A stretch of DNA of 33,403 nt from Anaerolineae bacterium (lineage in GTDB: Bacteria; Chloroflexota; Anaerolineae; B4-G1; DUEL01): positions 1 through 33,403 of the forward strand of contig JBDOIF010000142.1 of assembly GCA_041082215.1 (NCBI GenBank), read 5' to 3'. Both the position numbers and the translations under genes were made by a program. The notes below the pieces were generated by a model that saw nothing but the letters and a program-made list of their open reading frames with translations, ran no database searches and had not been told where the DNA came from. Position 1 is the first letter of the stretch. Every line of letters begins with the position of its first letter. Of this stretch, positions 19,165 to 28,570 are shown one piece after another.

Positions 19165-20384
19165 CTGATTTCCACCCTGCCGGATCGTTCCACGATCTGT
19201 TGCAGAAACTCCTCCAGCACCTGGCCGATGCGGTCCCAGCCGTACCGGGCCTGTACCAGCGCCCGCGCCTGAGCGGCCAGCCTCCTGCGCAACATCGCAT
19301 CGTCCAGAAGATGCAATACCGCCTCGGCAAACTCGGAAGGCTCATCGGCGATGAGGATCTCCTGGCCAGGCACAACCTCCAGGCCCTCGGCCCCCACACT
19401 GGTAGATACCACTGGCGTCCCCAGGGCCATCGCCTCCAGGATCTTGAGCCGGGTCCCCCCTCCCGTCCGCAGGGGAACCACGCAAACCTGGCTTCGGGCC
19501 AGCATTGGCCGGAGGTCATCCAGATAGCCGGTCAGGACCACTCCTTCCCTCAGAGGCAGGCGCTCCAGGGGCAGGCCGTCCGTGCGCCCCGTGATGGATA
19601 GGACAACACCCGGTCGCCGGGCGCGGATGAGGGGGAAGACCTCCTTCAGGAAGAAAGCCATTGCGTCCCAATTAGCCTGGTAAGTCAGCGAACCCGGGAA
19701 GATGAGGCTGTCGGGGATGGCCTCCCCCCACTCCCCCTCATACCGCTCCAGTTCCAATCCGTTCGGGATCACCGCCAGCGGCCCCATCCTTGGCGCGATG
19801 CGCTCGAGTAACACCTGCTCCCGTTCCGAGGCCACAGTGCATCCGTCAACGCGGTTCAGAAGATAAGCCGTATAACGCTGCTGTTTCCACCAGGTCATCC
19901 GGCGTTGTAGCTGCTTCCTTGGAGCACACTGCGCTCGCACCTGGTTCCAGATCATCGAGATTTCCAGGTCCTCGATCGCCCGGGGGATGCCATTGATCCT
20001 CGATAGATAGAACGAAACCCCCAACCCCGGTCCGATCTCCGAAGCCACCACCAGATCGAAAGAATGGCAATGCAAGGCCTCCTGCACTTGCCGCTCCATC
20101 TCCGGGCTGTACAGGTCCCGGAGGGCACGGGGGAAAGGAGAGAAGAGACGCAGCAGAGCCTGTGGCCGCCGCGGGTCAAACTCGCGGTAGGGAACTGTCC
20201 CCAGAATGCGGCAGAGGGCACTCACTCGTTCGCGGTCCTGGGGACCGGCCTCCCCGTCCCGCACAAAGGAGAGCAGGTAGACCTCGTGTCTGGCCGCCAG
20301 TTGGCGCAGGATGCCCCAGGTGCGCATCCGCGCCCCGTTGTCCGGTGGGCAGGGAAACCAGTTCGAGATAAAGAGGATCCGCAT
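19161..20384 (-). CDS. GT4 glycosyltransferase
   Basis: FPCPPDNGAR, IPNG, YQANWDA, VPLRTGGGTRLKILEAMA; start MRILFIS at 20384. Confidence 0.9.
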   Translation of the reverse strand: MRILFISNWFPCPPDNGARMRTWGILRQLAARHEVYLLSFVRDGEAGPQDRERVSALCRILGTVPYREFDPRRPQALLRLFSPFPRALRDLYSPEMERQVQEALHCHSFDLVVASEIGPGLGVSFYLSRINGIPRAIEDLEISMIWNQVRAQCAPRKQLQRRMTWWKQQRYTAYLLNRVDGCTVASEREQVLLERIAPRMGPLAVIPNGLELERYEGEWGEAIPDSLIFPGSLTYQANWDAMAFFLKEVFPLIRARRPGVVLSITGRTDGLPLERLPLREGVVLTGYLDDLRPMLARSQVCVVPLRTGGGTRLKILEAMALGTPVVSTSVGAEGLEVVPGQEILIADEPSEFAEAVLHLLDDAMLRRRLAAQARALVQARYGWDRIGQVLEEFLQQIVERSGRVEIR

Positions 20385-20389
20385 CCGTC

Positions 20390-21304
20390 TCACTCCCCGG
20401 CCAATGCCCTTCTGCCCCACCGTCCCCGTCCGGCGTCCGCGATGGCCCGCACCATCGCCCGGCGCTGGGGGCCTTTGTGCCGCCAGCGGGGACGCAGACT
20501 CCACGCCAGGAGGGTCCGCAGATCATCCGCCAGCGTGTGGATCCAGGCCCGAGTCCCTGCCCCGGTCAGCCACAGGAAGAGCAGTCGGTTCCGGCTCATA
20601 TAGTAGTGCACCAGCGGCGAGTCGCTCTGCGCCTGGGGGGAGATTTTGTGCCACATTTTCGCCGCGGGCACGTGGATGATGCGATAACCGGCCCGCCGGA
20701 TGCGCACGCACCACTCGACCTCTTCGTAGTACAGGAAGAACCGCTCGTCGAGCAGGCCGGCTTCCCGCAGCACGGCCGCCCTGACCAGCATCGCGCAGCC
20801 GGTGATGAAGTCCACTTCCCGCGGCTCTGTTCCAAACCGCCCGTCATCCGGCTCGTCCAGGCCGATCATCCAGGTCTGCCCGCGCCGCCAGTCAATCCCT
20901 CCCCCGACCGACCAGACGACCTCAGGTTGGTCGTGATAGTAGATCATCGGCCCGGCCACTCCAACCCGGGGGTCCTTCTCGGCTGCCTCGACCAGCCAGC
21001 GCAGCATATCGGGGGCAACCACCGTATCGTTGTTGAGAAGCAAAACATAATCGGCCCCCTGGGCCAGGGCGTACCGCAGCCCCACGTTGTTGCCGCCCGC
21101 ATAGCCCAGATTCTCCCCGGTCTCGATCACCTCCACATCGGGAAAGCGTTGCCGAATGGCTACCGGAGAGCCGTCGGTGGAGCCGTTATCCACCACCAAA
21201 ACCCGATAGCGCGGGTAGTCGAGGCCGGCTAACGACTCCAGGCACTCCAGCGTATCGCCCAACCCGTTCCAGTTGAGCACGACCACCGTCACCCGGGGCA
21301 TCAC
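20390..21304 (-). CDS. GT2 glycosyltransferase (WbbL/RfbF-like)
   Basis: VVLNWNG, VDNGSTDGS, NLGYAGGNN, LLNNDT, DERFFLYYEE. Confidence 0.9.
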   Translation of the reverse strand: MMPRVTVVVLNWNGLGDTLECLESLAGLDYPRYRVLVVDNGSTDGSPVAIRQRFPDVEVIETGENLGYAGGNNVGLRYALAQGADYVLLLNNDTVVAPDMLRWLVEAAEKDPRVGVAGPMIYYHDQPEVVWSVGGGIDWRRGQTWMIGLDEPDDGRFGTEPREVDFITGCAMLVRAAVLREAGLLDERFFLYYEEVEWCVRIRRAGYRIIHVPAAKMWHKISPQAQSDSPLVHYYMSRNRLLFLWLTGAGTRAWIHTLADDLRTLLAWSLRPRWRHKGPQRRAMVRAIADAGRGRWGRRALAGE

Positions 21305-22182
21305 GGCCCTGCGCCTCCTTCGGCCAATTGGGCGCGGTAGGTCTGCACTGCTTCGATGATGAAGTCGGCAAACAGCGGCCCGATGGTCTCATTGGCCAGC
21401 CGGTTGGGATGGGAATCCTCCCCATCCCGGTACTCCGCTCGCAGCATATTGTGATCGGGTGCTGTGGGATCACCCTCGGCTAGCAGGTCGAAGAAGTCGA
21501 AGGTGAAGACGTTGGGATGGCCGGCCAGGAAATCGTCCGACTTCAGCCAGTCGGCGAAGGCCCGCGCCCGGGCTGCCACTTCGGGGGTCGTGGCGGCAGG
21601 GTTCAGCGGCGGCGGGGTGACGACGATAAAGATGTGGTCGGGATAGCGGTCCATCACATCCCGCATCCCCAGGTACCACGTTTTGTACTGCTCCAGTTGC
21701 CCGTCGCTGGCGATGTTGCTGGCCGGGAAGCAGGATTTGAAGATGATGACCTCGTGCTGCATCAACCCGCTGAGGGCGTTGAGCGGCCAGTTGTAGACCG
21801 GTTGGGCGAACAGGCGGGCCAGCCCGTCGGGGTCGGTGTTGTCGTCGGGGATGCCGTAACTGTAGCCGGTCCGCGTGCCGTCGGGGCGGATCAGCCCCTC
21901 CCAGTTGTAGTCGTGGTCCCAGAGCTGGAAGCCGGCCTCGGTCAGCCGCTCCCGCACCCGGCCCTGGTTGATCAGGTTTCGGCCGGTCGAGTGGTGGAGG
22001 AAGATGACGTTGGTGAAATCGCCGCTGCCGACGACGTTCCCGTGGTCCAGCAGAGCGCGTGCGCGGTGGACCACCGCCATACGCAACCCGTGTCCCCGCA
22101 GAGATAGTCCAACCAGCACAAGCAGCGCGATGGCGAGGAGCCCGAGGATGGCCATAACTGGAGGAGACATTTTTCTCTTCAC
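21301..22182 (-). CDS. Membrane-anchored SGNH/GDSL-like hydrolase or acyltransferase
   Basis: N-terminal TM anchor, VIFLHHSTG (putative nucleophile Ser), IIFKSCF, VVTPPP, C-terminal DSHPN (D-x-H). Start GTG 22182 or ATG 22170; the longer ORF-track version overlaps the upstream gene. Confidence 0.6.
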   Translation of the reverse strand: MKRKMSPPVMAILGLLAIALLVLVGLSLRGHGLRMAVVHRARALLDHGNVVGSGDFTNVIFLHHSTGRNLINQGRVRERLTEAGFQLWDHDYNWEGLIRPDGTRTGYSYGIPDDNTDPDGLARLFAQPVYNWPLNALSGLMQHEVIIFKSCFPASNIASDGQLEQYKTWYLGMRDVMDRYPDHIFIVVTPPPLNPAATTPEVAARARAFADWLKSDDFLAGHPNVFTFDFFDLLAEGDPTAPDHNMLRAEYRDGEDSHPNRLANETIGPLFADFIIEAVQTYRAQLAEGGAGP

Positions 22183-22184
22183 CC

Positions 22185-22814
22185 TTACCGCTCCCATTTC
22201 TCGACTTTGCCCGCCGGGCGGGCGGGGTTCCCGTAGACCAGCGTCTTGGGGGGAACATCCCGTCGCACCACCGACCCGGCGCCGATGACCGAGCCCGGGC
22301 CGATGGTCACGCCCTTCATAATGATGGAGTACGGGCCGATCCAGACATCGTCGCCGATGGTGATGGGGGCCTCGATCTCCGTCTCCCCCGTCTCCTCCAG
22401 CCACAGCCGGTGGCCAATGGAGTCAAAGATGCTGCAGTTCCAGCTAATCATACAGCGGGCGCCGATGCGGACCTCGGTGGCGGCCATGATGCGGGTGTAG
22501 GGACCGATGACTGTCCGGGTGCCGATGGAGAGCAGGCCTCGGGACCCCACGTCAATGAAGCAGTGGTCGGCGATACGCACACCGCTGCCAGTGACCAGCT
22601 TACCTCCTCGCCGGATGATGGTTACCCCCTTGCCCAGGGCCACGATGTGGGGCGAATCAAATTGATGCTTGCGCAGAATGCCGCGCAGGCACATCGGCAG
22701 AATCCAGAGGCGAAAGTCGCTCCCGAACTCCCAGAAGCGATGCCAGTAATATCCCAGACCAGGGGACAACTCACCGTTATCCGATAGACTCCGGGGATGT
22801 GCGGTTTCACTCAT
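22185..22814 (-). CDS. Hexapeptide-repeat (LbH) O-acyltransferase, maltose O-acetyltransferase-like
   Basis: IFDS.GH, PITIGDDVWIG, KGVTIG..SVIGAGSVVRRDVP..GNPAR. Confidence 0.85.
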   Translation of the reverse strand: MSETAHPRSLSDNGELSPGLGYYWHRFWEFGSDFRLWILPMCLRGILRKHQFDSPHIVALGKGVTIIRRGGKLVTGSGVRIADHCFIDVGSRGLLSIGTRTVIGPYTRIMAATEVRIGARCMISWNCSIFDSIGHRLWLEETGETEIEAPITIGDDVWIGPYSIIMKGVTIGPGSVIGAGSVVRRDVPPKTLVYGNPARPAGKVEKWER

Positions 22815-24181
22815 CCGAATGCCTCCGATGGAGGAGTTACTGTCCCGTATATCTCCAGAAGTTCTTCCAGTTCCTGTCCCAATGTCCGCACTGGCTCGAT
22901 ACCCGCCCTCAGGCGGCGGAGCAGGTCGGGATTCCCTACCAGTTCCCTCAGTTGGGCCGCCAGGTCCTGCGCGTCCCCCACCCGGAAGAGCAGGCCGTCC
23001 ACCCCATGCCGCACCATCTCCGCCATCCCGCCCAGGTCGGAAGCCAGGACAGGCACTCCAGCCGCATGGGCTTCCAGAATTGTCAGCGGCGCGTTCTCGT
23101 ACCAGATGGACGGTACGACCAGCACATCCAGACCGGAAAGGACCTCCGGGACCCGCCGGTTCTCCACCGCTCCCTCAAACCGGATGCGAGGGTCTGCCTG
23201 CGCCATACGCCGCAGCCGCTCCGCATACCGGGGGAAACGGCCCATATCCCCATAAATCCGCAATTCGCAGGCCCCGTCCGAAACGTCCAGGGAACGGAAA
23301 GCTTCTACCAGGACGTGGATCCCCTTGTGGGGCGCAATCTGGCCCAGGTAGCCGACGCGGAGACCGCGCCGGTCTTCGTTCCCCCGGTCGTCCACTCCGG
23401 AATGCCAGCAAGTGACCTGATCCAGCCCGTACCGCAGATAACGGATTCGGTCGGGGGGCAGGCTGCCCCTCCGAATGAACACCTGTGCCAGAAAACGGGA
23501 AGGGGCGATCAGAACATCCACACTCCGAAGTGCGCGGCCCAGTCGTTCCCGGCGCTCCCGGATGGCTTCCACCCGCGCCGACCATCCTGTCCACCGAGCC
23601 AGCGGGGGCTGAGCAAGGAGGCTCTGCGTCAGTTTGCCAAAGATGCCGCGGGTAACCTGATCCGGTAGCCGGTAGCGCCGCTTCTCGGTGAGCCGACACC
23701 ATACACACTCCGCCGGGTCGTCCGGCACCCCGCAGAGCGTGCCGTCGGGCCGCTGCAGGTGGATGCGGGGGCAGAGGAACCAGTAATCGTGCAGGGTCAG
23801 GAGCGTCGGGATGCCCAGCGCCCGCGCCGCCTCCAGGACGCTCCCCGTGAGCAGGTAGCCAGCCTGGAAGTGGACCAGGTCGGGGCGACGGCTTTGCAGG
23901 AACTGATCCAACCATGTCCCCAACTGGGGGTTCCAGAACTCCCAGCGTGCCGGGTCAGGGGAGAGGGCCAGGTTGAAAAAGAGGCGGTGGACGGGAATCC
24001 CTTCGTGCTTCTCCGACACGCAGCGGAGCTCCAGCGTCCCCTCCGAAATGGACTCTACACAGACGACCTCCACCCGATGGCCGGCCTGGAGCAGTCCTCG
24101 GGCCAGGCGGTATGTATAAAGTTCCGCCCCAGCCACGTACCGGGGCGGGAAGTGGTGGACAGCCAGGACGACGCGCATCAC
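22811..24181 (-). CDS. GT4 glycosyltransferase
   Basis: HHFPP..AGAE, TLHDYWFLCPR, APSRFL, HKG, PSIWYENAPLTILEA, SDLGGMAE. Confidence 0.92.
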   Translation of the reverse strand: MMRVVLAVHHFPPRYVAGAELYTYRLARGLLQAGHRVEVVCVESISEGTLELRCVSEKHEGIPVHRLFFNLALSPDPARWEFWNPQLGTWLDQFLQSRRPDLVHFQAGYLLTGSVLEAARALGIPTLLTLHDYWFLCPRIHLQRPDGTLCGVPDDPAECVWCRLTEKRRYRLPDQVTRGIFGKLTQSLLAQPPLARWTGWSARVEAIRERRERLGRALRSVDVLIAPSRFLAQVFIRRGSLPPDRIRYLRYGLDQVTCWHSGVDDRGNEDRRGLRVGYLGQIAPHKGIHVLVEAFRSLDVSDGACELRIYGDMGRFPRYAERLRRMAQADPRIRFEGAVENRRVPEVLSGLDVLVVPSIWYENAPLTILEAHAAGVPVLASDLGGMAEMVRHGVDGLLFRVGDAQDLAAQLRELVGNPDLLRRLRAGIEPVRTLGQELEELLEIYGTVTPPSEAFG

Positions 24182-25626
24182 AGCACCTCCCGCGAACCCG
24201 CCTGTCGGCGCACCAGATCGCCCAGCAGGATGACCTCCTGCCGGCCAAGGGAACCCGTCAGCGCCAGCAGGCCCAGGTATATGAAGGCCCCCAGCGCGAC
24301 GACCAGGAAGAAATTTGCCTCCCGTGCCAGGAAAACGACCAGGCCCATCAGTGCCGCCGCCAACCCCGGCTTCAGGAAAACGGCCCGAAAGTCCACAGCC
24401 GCCAGTTCCCGTCGCAGAAGCCAGAGGTACTGACCCGCCAGAATCATCTCCGTCAGGACGGTGACGGCCGAGGCTGCCAGCAGTCCCCAGCGTGGGATGA
24501 GCGCCAGGTTCAGGGCTGCATTGATAGCCGCACTCACCAGCAACGCCCGCGCTACCTTCTTCTCCTGGTCGTGGATAATGGTCACGTTCCCCAGGAGTTC
24601 GGTCAGGAACATTAGCGGCAGCACCCAGATCAGAATCTGGAGCGGCAGGACGGACGAAGCGAACTGATCGGTATAGAGCAGACGGATGAGGGGCCTTGCC
24701 AGCACCGTCGTCCCCACTGCGATCGGAATCGCGATGACAAACAGATACTTTAATGCCTGAGTGTACAGGGCCGGCATTTTTTTCGGGTCGGCCGCGTACT
24801 GACGGCAGAGGACCGGGTAGAGGGCCAGATTGACCGCGTGGGAGACCATCATGATCATGAAGATGAGATTGTAGGCGGCATTATACCAGCCGGTGACCGC
24901 ATCCCCGTAGAAATACTGCAGCAGGACGGTATCTATCTTGTAGGAGAGGCCAAGGGAGAAGCCGATGACGCCGAAGGGGAGCGCAGCCTTCAGCAGGGCC
25001 GGCCATAGCCGGGGCTGAGGATGCCAGGGGGCCCCACCGGTGCGGTGAAGGAGCTGCCATCCCATCGCTGTCGCCAGCATCAGGCTGACCAGGGAGGCCA
25101 CCAGCAGCCCCTTAAAACCCAGCCCTCCTACCAGCGCGGCCGTTCCCAACATGACGAACCCCATCTGCTGAAACACGTTCATCAGAGAAAGAAAATCCAG
25201 CCGCTCGCGGGCGATGAAGAGGCTCTCCATCGGCCCTTCCACAGCGTAGATGAACAGCGTGCAGGCAGCGATGGCCGCGCCCAGGATCAATTCCGGAGAG
25301 CGCTTCAGGACCAGGGCCGAACCGACGATGACGGCCAGCGTCCCGGCGGAGAGCATCAGGCGCAGGAGTATGGCGTTGGCAAACAGCGCCGGAGTTCTGT
25401 CCGGGTCCTTGGCTACCTCTCGCACCATATAGGGAGCCAGCCCCAGGTCAGAGAGGATAGCAAACACCCCCACGTACGCCAGAGCCGCCGAGTACAGGCC
25501 GAAACTGGCGTCTCCAAGCCGCCGGACCACAAAGATCGAGAAGATGAGAGAGAGCACCTTGACAGCGATCTGCCCCATCAGGCTGAAGAGCGAGCTCCTG
25601 GCTATAGTGGTAGCAATTTGTCTCAC
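24178..25626 (-). CDS. wzx: Wzx-type polysaccharide flippase (MOP family)
   Basis: RRLG..FGLYS, SDLGL..REVA, KIDTVLL, GWYNAAY, NLALIP..G..AAS; multi-TM. Confidence 0.9.
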   Translation of the reverse strand: MRQIATTIARSSLFSLMGQIAVKVLSLIFSIFVVRRLGDASFGLYSAALAYVGVFAILSDLGLAPYMVREVAKDPDRTPALFANAILLRLMLSAGTLAVIVGSALVLKRSPELILGAAIAACTLFIYAVEGPMESLFIARERLDFLSLMNVFQQMGFVMLGTAALVGGLGFKGLLVASLVSLMLATAMGWQLLHRTGGAPWHPQPRLWPALLKAALPFGVIGFSLGLSYKIDTVLLQYFYGDAVTGWYNAAYNLIFMIMMVSHAVNLALYPVLCRQYAADPKKMPALYTQALKYLFVIAIPIAVGTTVLARPLIRLLYTDQFASSVLPLQILIWVLPLMFLTELLGNVTIIHDQEKKVARALLVSAAINAALNLALIPRWGLLAASAVTVLTEMILAGQYLWLLRRELAAVDFRAVFLKPGLAAALMGLVVFLAREANFFLVVALGAFIYLGLLALTGSLGRQEVILLGDLVRRQAGSREVL

Positions 25627-25673
25627 CTCACGTCACCTCTCCGGATTCTTTCCAATCACCTGCTCCCTTCCAT

Positions 25674-25705
25674 ATTGTGGCAGTGAATGATTGTGGCAGT
25701 GAATG
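25674..25705. repeat. Perfect 16-bp tandem duplication ATTGTGGCAGTGAATG x2
   Basis: Read directly at 25674-25689 and 25690-25705. Confidence 0.9.
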
Positions 25706-25804
25706 GATGCAGCACATCGCCAAACTCCGGGTTTGTGTCTCTATCCTTCGGGGAAAGCCCAGCCACCGGGCGAGGCAAGCGGCCGACCGTGGCAACTCCC
25801 GGCT

Positions 25805-27667
25805 CTACTCTTCCTCGCCTGTCCCGGGTGAGCGCTCCTGACCTCCGGCTACGACAAGCAGGTCGTCCGCCAGCGGCAGCCCGATCTCACCCCCCTCCCG
25901 ACCGGCTCCTGTCGGCCCGGAGTAGGCGGCCACGAAGTGCTCCAGTTCCTCGCGCGGGATCAGCCAGCGACGTCCCTCGCGCCTGGCCGGTAGCCTCCCT
26001 GCCTCGCACCAGCGCTCCACCGTCCCCTGGCTCACCCCCAGCAGCAGGGCTGCTTCTGCCACACCCAGCACAGGCAGTGCAACGGGGTCTTCCAGACTCA
26101 GCGAACGGGCGGCGGACCTGTACCCGCCCCCCTTACCGACCTTCACCCGGTTGAGGGCGATGCCCAGTCTCTCCTTGGCTGAGCCGTTGGCCAGGTTGTC
26201 CCTCAGCCGCGTCAGCGAGACCAGGCGCGTCCGCCCTTCGCCACAGACCACCAGCACCCGGTCGGCCACCGCCGCCAGCATCGCCGCATCGGGCACCACA
26301 GTGCCCGCCGGGCTGTCAATCAGCACGACGTCGGCGTATTCCTTGAGGGTATCCACCAGCGACGCCAGCCGCCCCACGCTCAGAAGCGCCGCAGGATCGG
26401 CCGGCGGGCGTCCGCTGGGCAGAAGGTACAGGTTGTCCACCCCCGTCGGCCGCAGCTCCATCGGCGGCCACGAATCCGGGATGACCGATCGCCCGGCCAG
26501 CAGGTCGGAGAGCCCCTGACCGTTGGGCTGGTCGAACCACTCATGCAGGCGCGGGTTTCTCATGTTGGCGTCCACCAGGATCACCCGCAACCCCGTCGTT
26601 GCGATGCTCATCCCCAGATTGACCACCGCGAACGTTTTCCCGTCGCCGACCTCCGGACTGGTCACCAGGATCACATCCGGGCGCTTTTCCCCCCCGTTCA
26701 CCAGGATCATGGTGCGGAGATTCCGGACCGCCTCGATCTCCGTGTGGCGGAATCGCAGAGAGGCCGCCAGCGGGGCTTTGCCTACCTTCACATCGGGCAG
26801 AACCCCCAGCACAGGGACCCCTCCCAGTTCCCGCACCCATCCCCCTTCCCAGTGCACCGTGTCGTCCAGAAAGTCCAGGACGAACACCCCCGCCACCGCC
26901 AGCGCCACCCCCGCCGCAGCCGCCACAGCCATAATGAGCTTGTCCTTTCGAGGCAGCGGCATCACAGGCTCGACCGCCGGGTCGAAGATGGAGACGACAT
27001 TCGGGGACTCCGTCCGATATGAGCTCAGCAGGCTGGCATAGGTGGCCTGGTATCCCGCCTTGGCCTCCTCCAGTTGGGCCAGACGGCCCTGTGCCTCCTC
27101 CAGCTCCGCCGCCGAGGTCAGCTCGACCAGGGAGCTCTGCAGATCGGTGATCGCACTGTCCAGCTGCGCGATCCGTTTCTCCAGCTCATCAAGCTGGGCG
27201 CGGATGAAGGCCTGCCGTCGGACCTGGTCCTCCTGCGATACAGGGCTGCGCCGGACCAGCTCGTCGGCCAGCGCGTTGGCGATCAGGGCGGCCACACGGG
27301 GATCGGTATCCACCACCTCGATCTCCAGCAACTGGGCGTCGTAATAGACCCGTGTGGCGATCTGCGCCGCCAACTGCTCTGGCTGGCGGTCCAGCCCCAG
27401 CCGGGCGATGACCGCCTCGGTCACCGGCCGTTCCTTCGCCAGCCGGGCGTAGGCGTTGGCCAGGTTGTTGGCAACGCTCAACTGCCACTGATCCGGATTG
27501 GGGTTCTGCAAGCCCGTGCCGATCATCAACGTAGCCCGGGCCTGATAGAGGTCGGGCCGCCGGGAGAGGAACAGGCCGCTGAGCATGGCCGGGATCAAAG
27601 CGCTGATGACCAGCAGCCACCACCACCGTCGGAGAAGGTCTATGTAGTGACGAATCTGACCGCTCAT
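25805..27667 (-). CDS. Wzc/CpsCD-like polysaccharide co-polymerase with BY-kinase domain, fused to a C-terminal excisionase-type (HTH_17) helix-turn-helix
   Basis: Wzz N-terminus (LLRRWWWL..YQARATL), coiled coil, second TM helix, EAVRNLRT, Walker A SPEVGDGKT, VDANMR, Walker B VLIDSP, then LGVAEAALLLGVSQGTVERWCEAGRLPARREGRRWLIPREEL. Confidence 0.88.
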   Translation of the reverse strand: MSGQIRHYIDLLRRWWWLLVISALIPAMLSGLFLSRRPDLYQARATLMIGTGLQNPNPDQWQLSVANNLANAYARLAKERPVTEAVIARLGLDRQPEQLAAQIATRVYYDAQLLEIEVVDTDPRVAALIANALADELVRRSPVSQEDQVRRQAFIRAQLDELEKRIAQLDSAITDLQSSLVELTSAAELEEAQGRLAQLEEAKAGYQATYASLLSSYRTESPNVVSIFDPAVEPVMPLPRKDKLIMAVAAAAGVALAVAGVFVLDFLDDTVHWEGGWVRELGGVPVLGVLPDVKVGKAPLAASLRFRHTEIEAVRNLRTMILVNGGEKRPDVILVTSPEVGDGKTFAVVNLGMSIATTGLRVILVDANMRNPRLHEWFDQPNGQGLSDLLAGRSVIPDSWPPMELRPTGVDNLYLLPSGRPPADPAALLSVGRLASLVDTLKEYADVVLIDSPAGTVVPDAAMLAAVADRVLVVCGEGRTRLVSLTRLRDNLANGSAKERLGIALNRVKVGKGGGYRSAARSLSLEDPVALPVLGVAEAALLLGVSQGTVERWCEAGRLPARREGRRWLIPREELEHFVAAYSGPTGAGREGGEIGLPLADDLLVVAGGQERSPGTGEEE

Positions 27668-27670
27668 CTT

Positions 27671-28396
27671 CTATCTCTCTGTCTGCTCAGGGCCGGAGCG
27701 GACGGTCCCATCACCGGCGAAATAATAGCCCATCCCCCACCGGGTGCGGATGTAGTGGGGATTGGCCGGGTCGTCCTCGATCTTCCGGCGGAGGTACCGG
27801 ATATAGACGCTCAGGTAGCCGACCTCCTCGGCGTACTCTGGCCCCCACACGCTGATCAGAAGCTCCCGGTGGGGCACGATCCGCCCTTTCTGACTCACCA
27901 GGTACATGAGAAGGCGGGATTCGGTCGGCGTGAGATGGACCGGCTCCTCGCGTCGCAGGACAGCCCCCTCTGTCAGGTCTATGCGCAGAGTCCCATCGTC
28001 GTAGATGGCCCGCCAGGAACCGTTCGCCCCTGCCCCGGCCCGTCGAAGGACAGTGCGGATCCGGGCCTTCAGCTCGTCGAAGCTGCACGGCTTGGTCAGA
28101 TAGTCGTCCGCCCCCAGGGAAAGCCCCTTCAGGATGTCGGCCCGCGCCGTCTTGGCCGTGAGCATGATGATCGGCGTGTCGCACACGTGGCGCAGCCGCT
28201 GGCACGTGGTCCACCCATCCATCTCCGGCATCATAATATCCAGAATGATCACATCGGGCCGGGATTCGTAGGCCCGACGCAATCCCTCCTTACCGCTCTC
28301 TGCCGTGATAACGGTGAAGCCTTCCCGTTCCAGCCCCAGCCGCAGGAGCGTCAGCAATCCCGGATCGTCGTCAATGACCAGGACTTTCTCCCCCAT
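27671..28396 (-). CDS. OmpR/PhoB-family DNA-binding response regulator
   Basis: VIDDD, LDIMMP (phospho-Asp), LTAK, ADDYLTKP, LTPTE..LL, VYIRYLRRKIE..YIRTRWGMGY; ATG 28396 with SD GGAGG/AAGGAG. Confidence 0.95.
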   Translation of the reverse strand: MGEKVLVIDDDPGLLTLLRLGLEREGFTVITAESGKEGLRRAYESRPDVIILDIMMPEMDGWTTCQRLRHVCDTPIIMLTAKTARADILKGLSLGADDYLTKPCSFDELKARIRTVLRRAGAGANGSWRAIYDDGTLRIDLTEGAVLRREEPVHLTPTESRLLMYLVSQKGRIVPHRELLISVWGPEYAEEVGYLSVYIRYLRRKIEDDPANPHYIRTRWGMGYYFAGDGTVRSGPEQTER

Positions 28397-28493
28397 CTCT
28401 CCTTTACCTCCGAGCAACCAGGTTTCTCTCAGCTTTTCCGACCTCCGGGCGGTCTCTCCCTCCGGTGTCGCTGGCTGTCTGCAGCCTCCGTCG

Positions 28494-28570
28494 AACTACA
28501 GAGAACGCAAAGGACGCGAAGTTTCCTCTGGCCTCTTTTGATTCCTCTGCGTTCTCCGCGTCCTCTGCGG
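28494..28570. repeat. Inverted array of 9-bp units (CAGAGAACG-like / CTCTGCGTT-like)
   Basis: CTACAGAGAACGCAAAGGACGCGAAG faces CCTCTGCGTTCTCCGCGTCCTCTGCGG in inverted orientation. Confidence 0.7.

Noticed and set aside
15634..22404. Long N-terminal extensions in ORF-track calls (to 17181, 20504, 22404; also 5492 and 6658)
   Set aside because: They overlap upstream genes extensively; downstream starts match the family N-termini, and most have SD sites or stop/start coupling.
25674..25705. CRISPR array
   Set aside because: Only two adjacent 16-bp copies, no spacers and no cas genes.
25930..26071. Excisionase-like HTH as evidence of a prophage or integrative element
   Set aside because: It is in frame within the Wzc-like protein; no integrase, att site or phage genes nearby.
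1..28396. Apparent GC and codon-usage mosaicism between distal and proximal operon parts
   Set aside because: Visual impression only; needs sliding-window GC3 or tetranucleotide computation before any claim of horizontal assembly.
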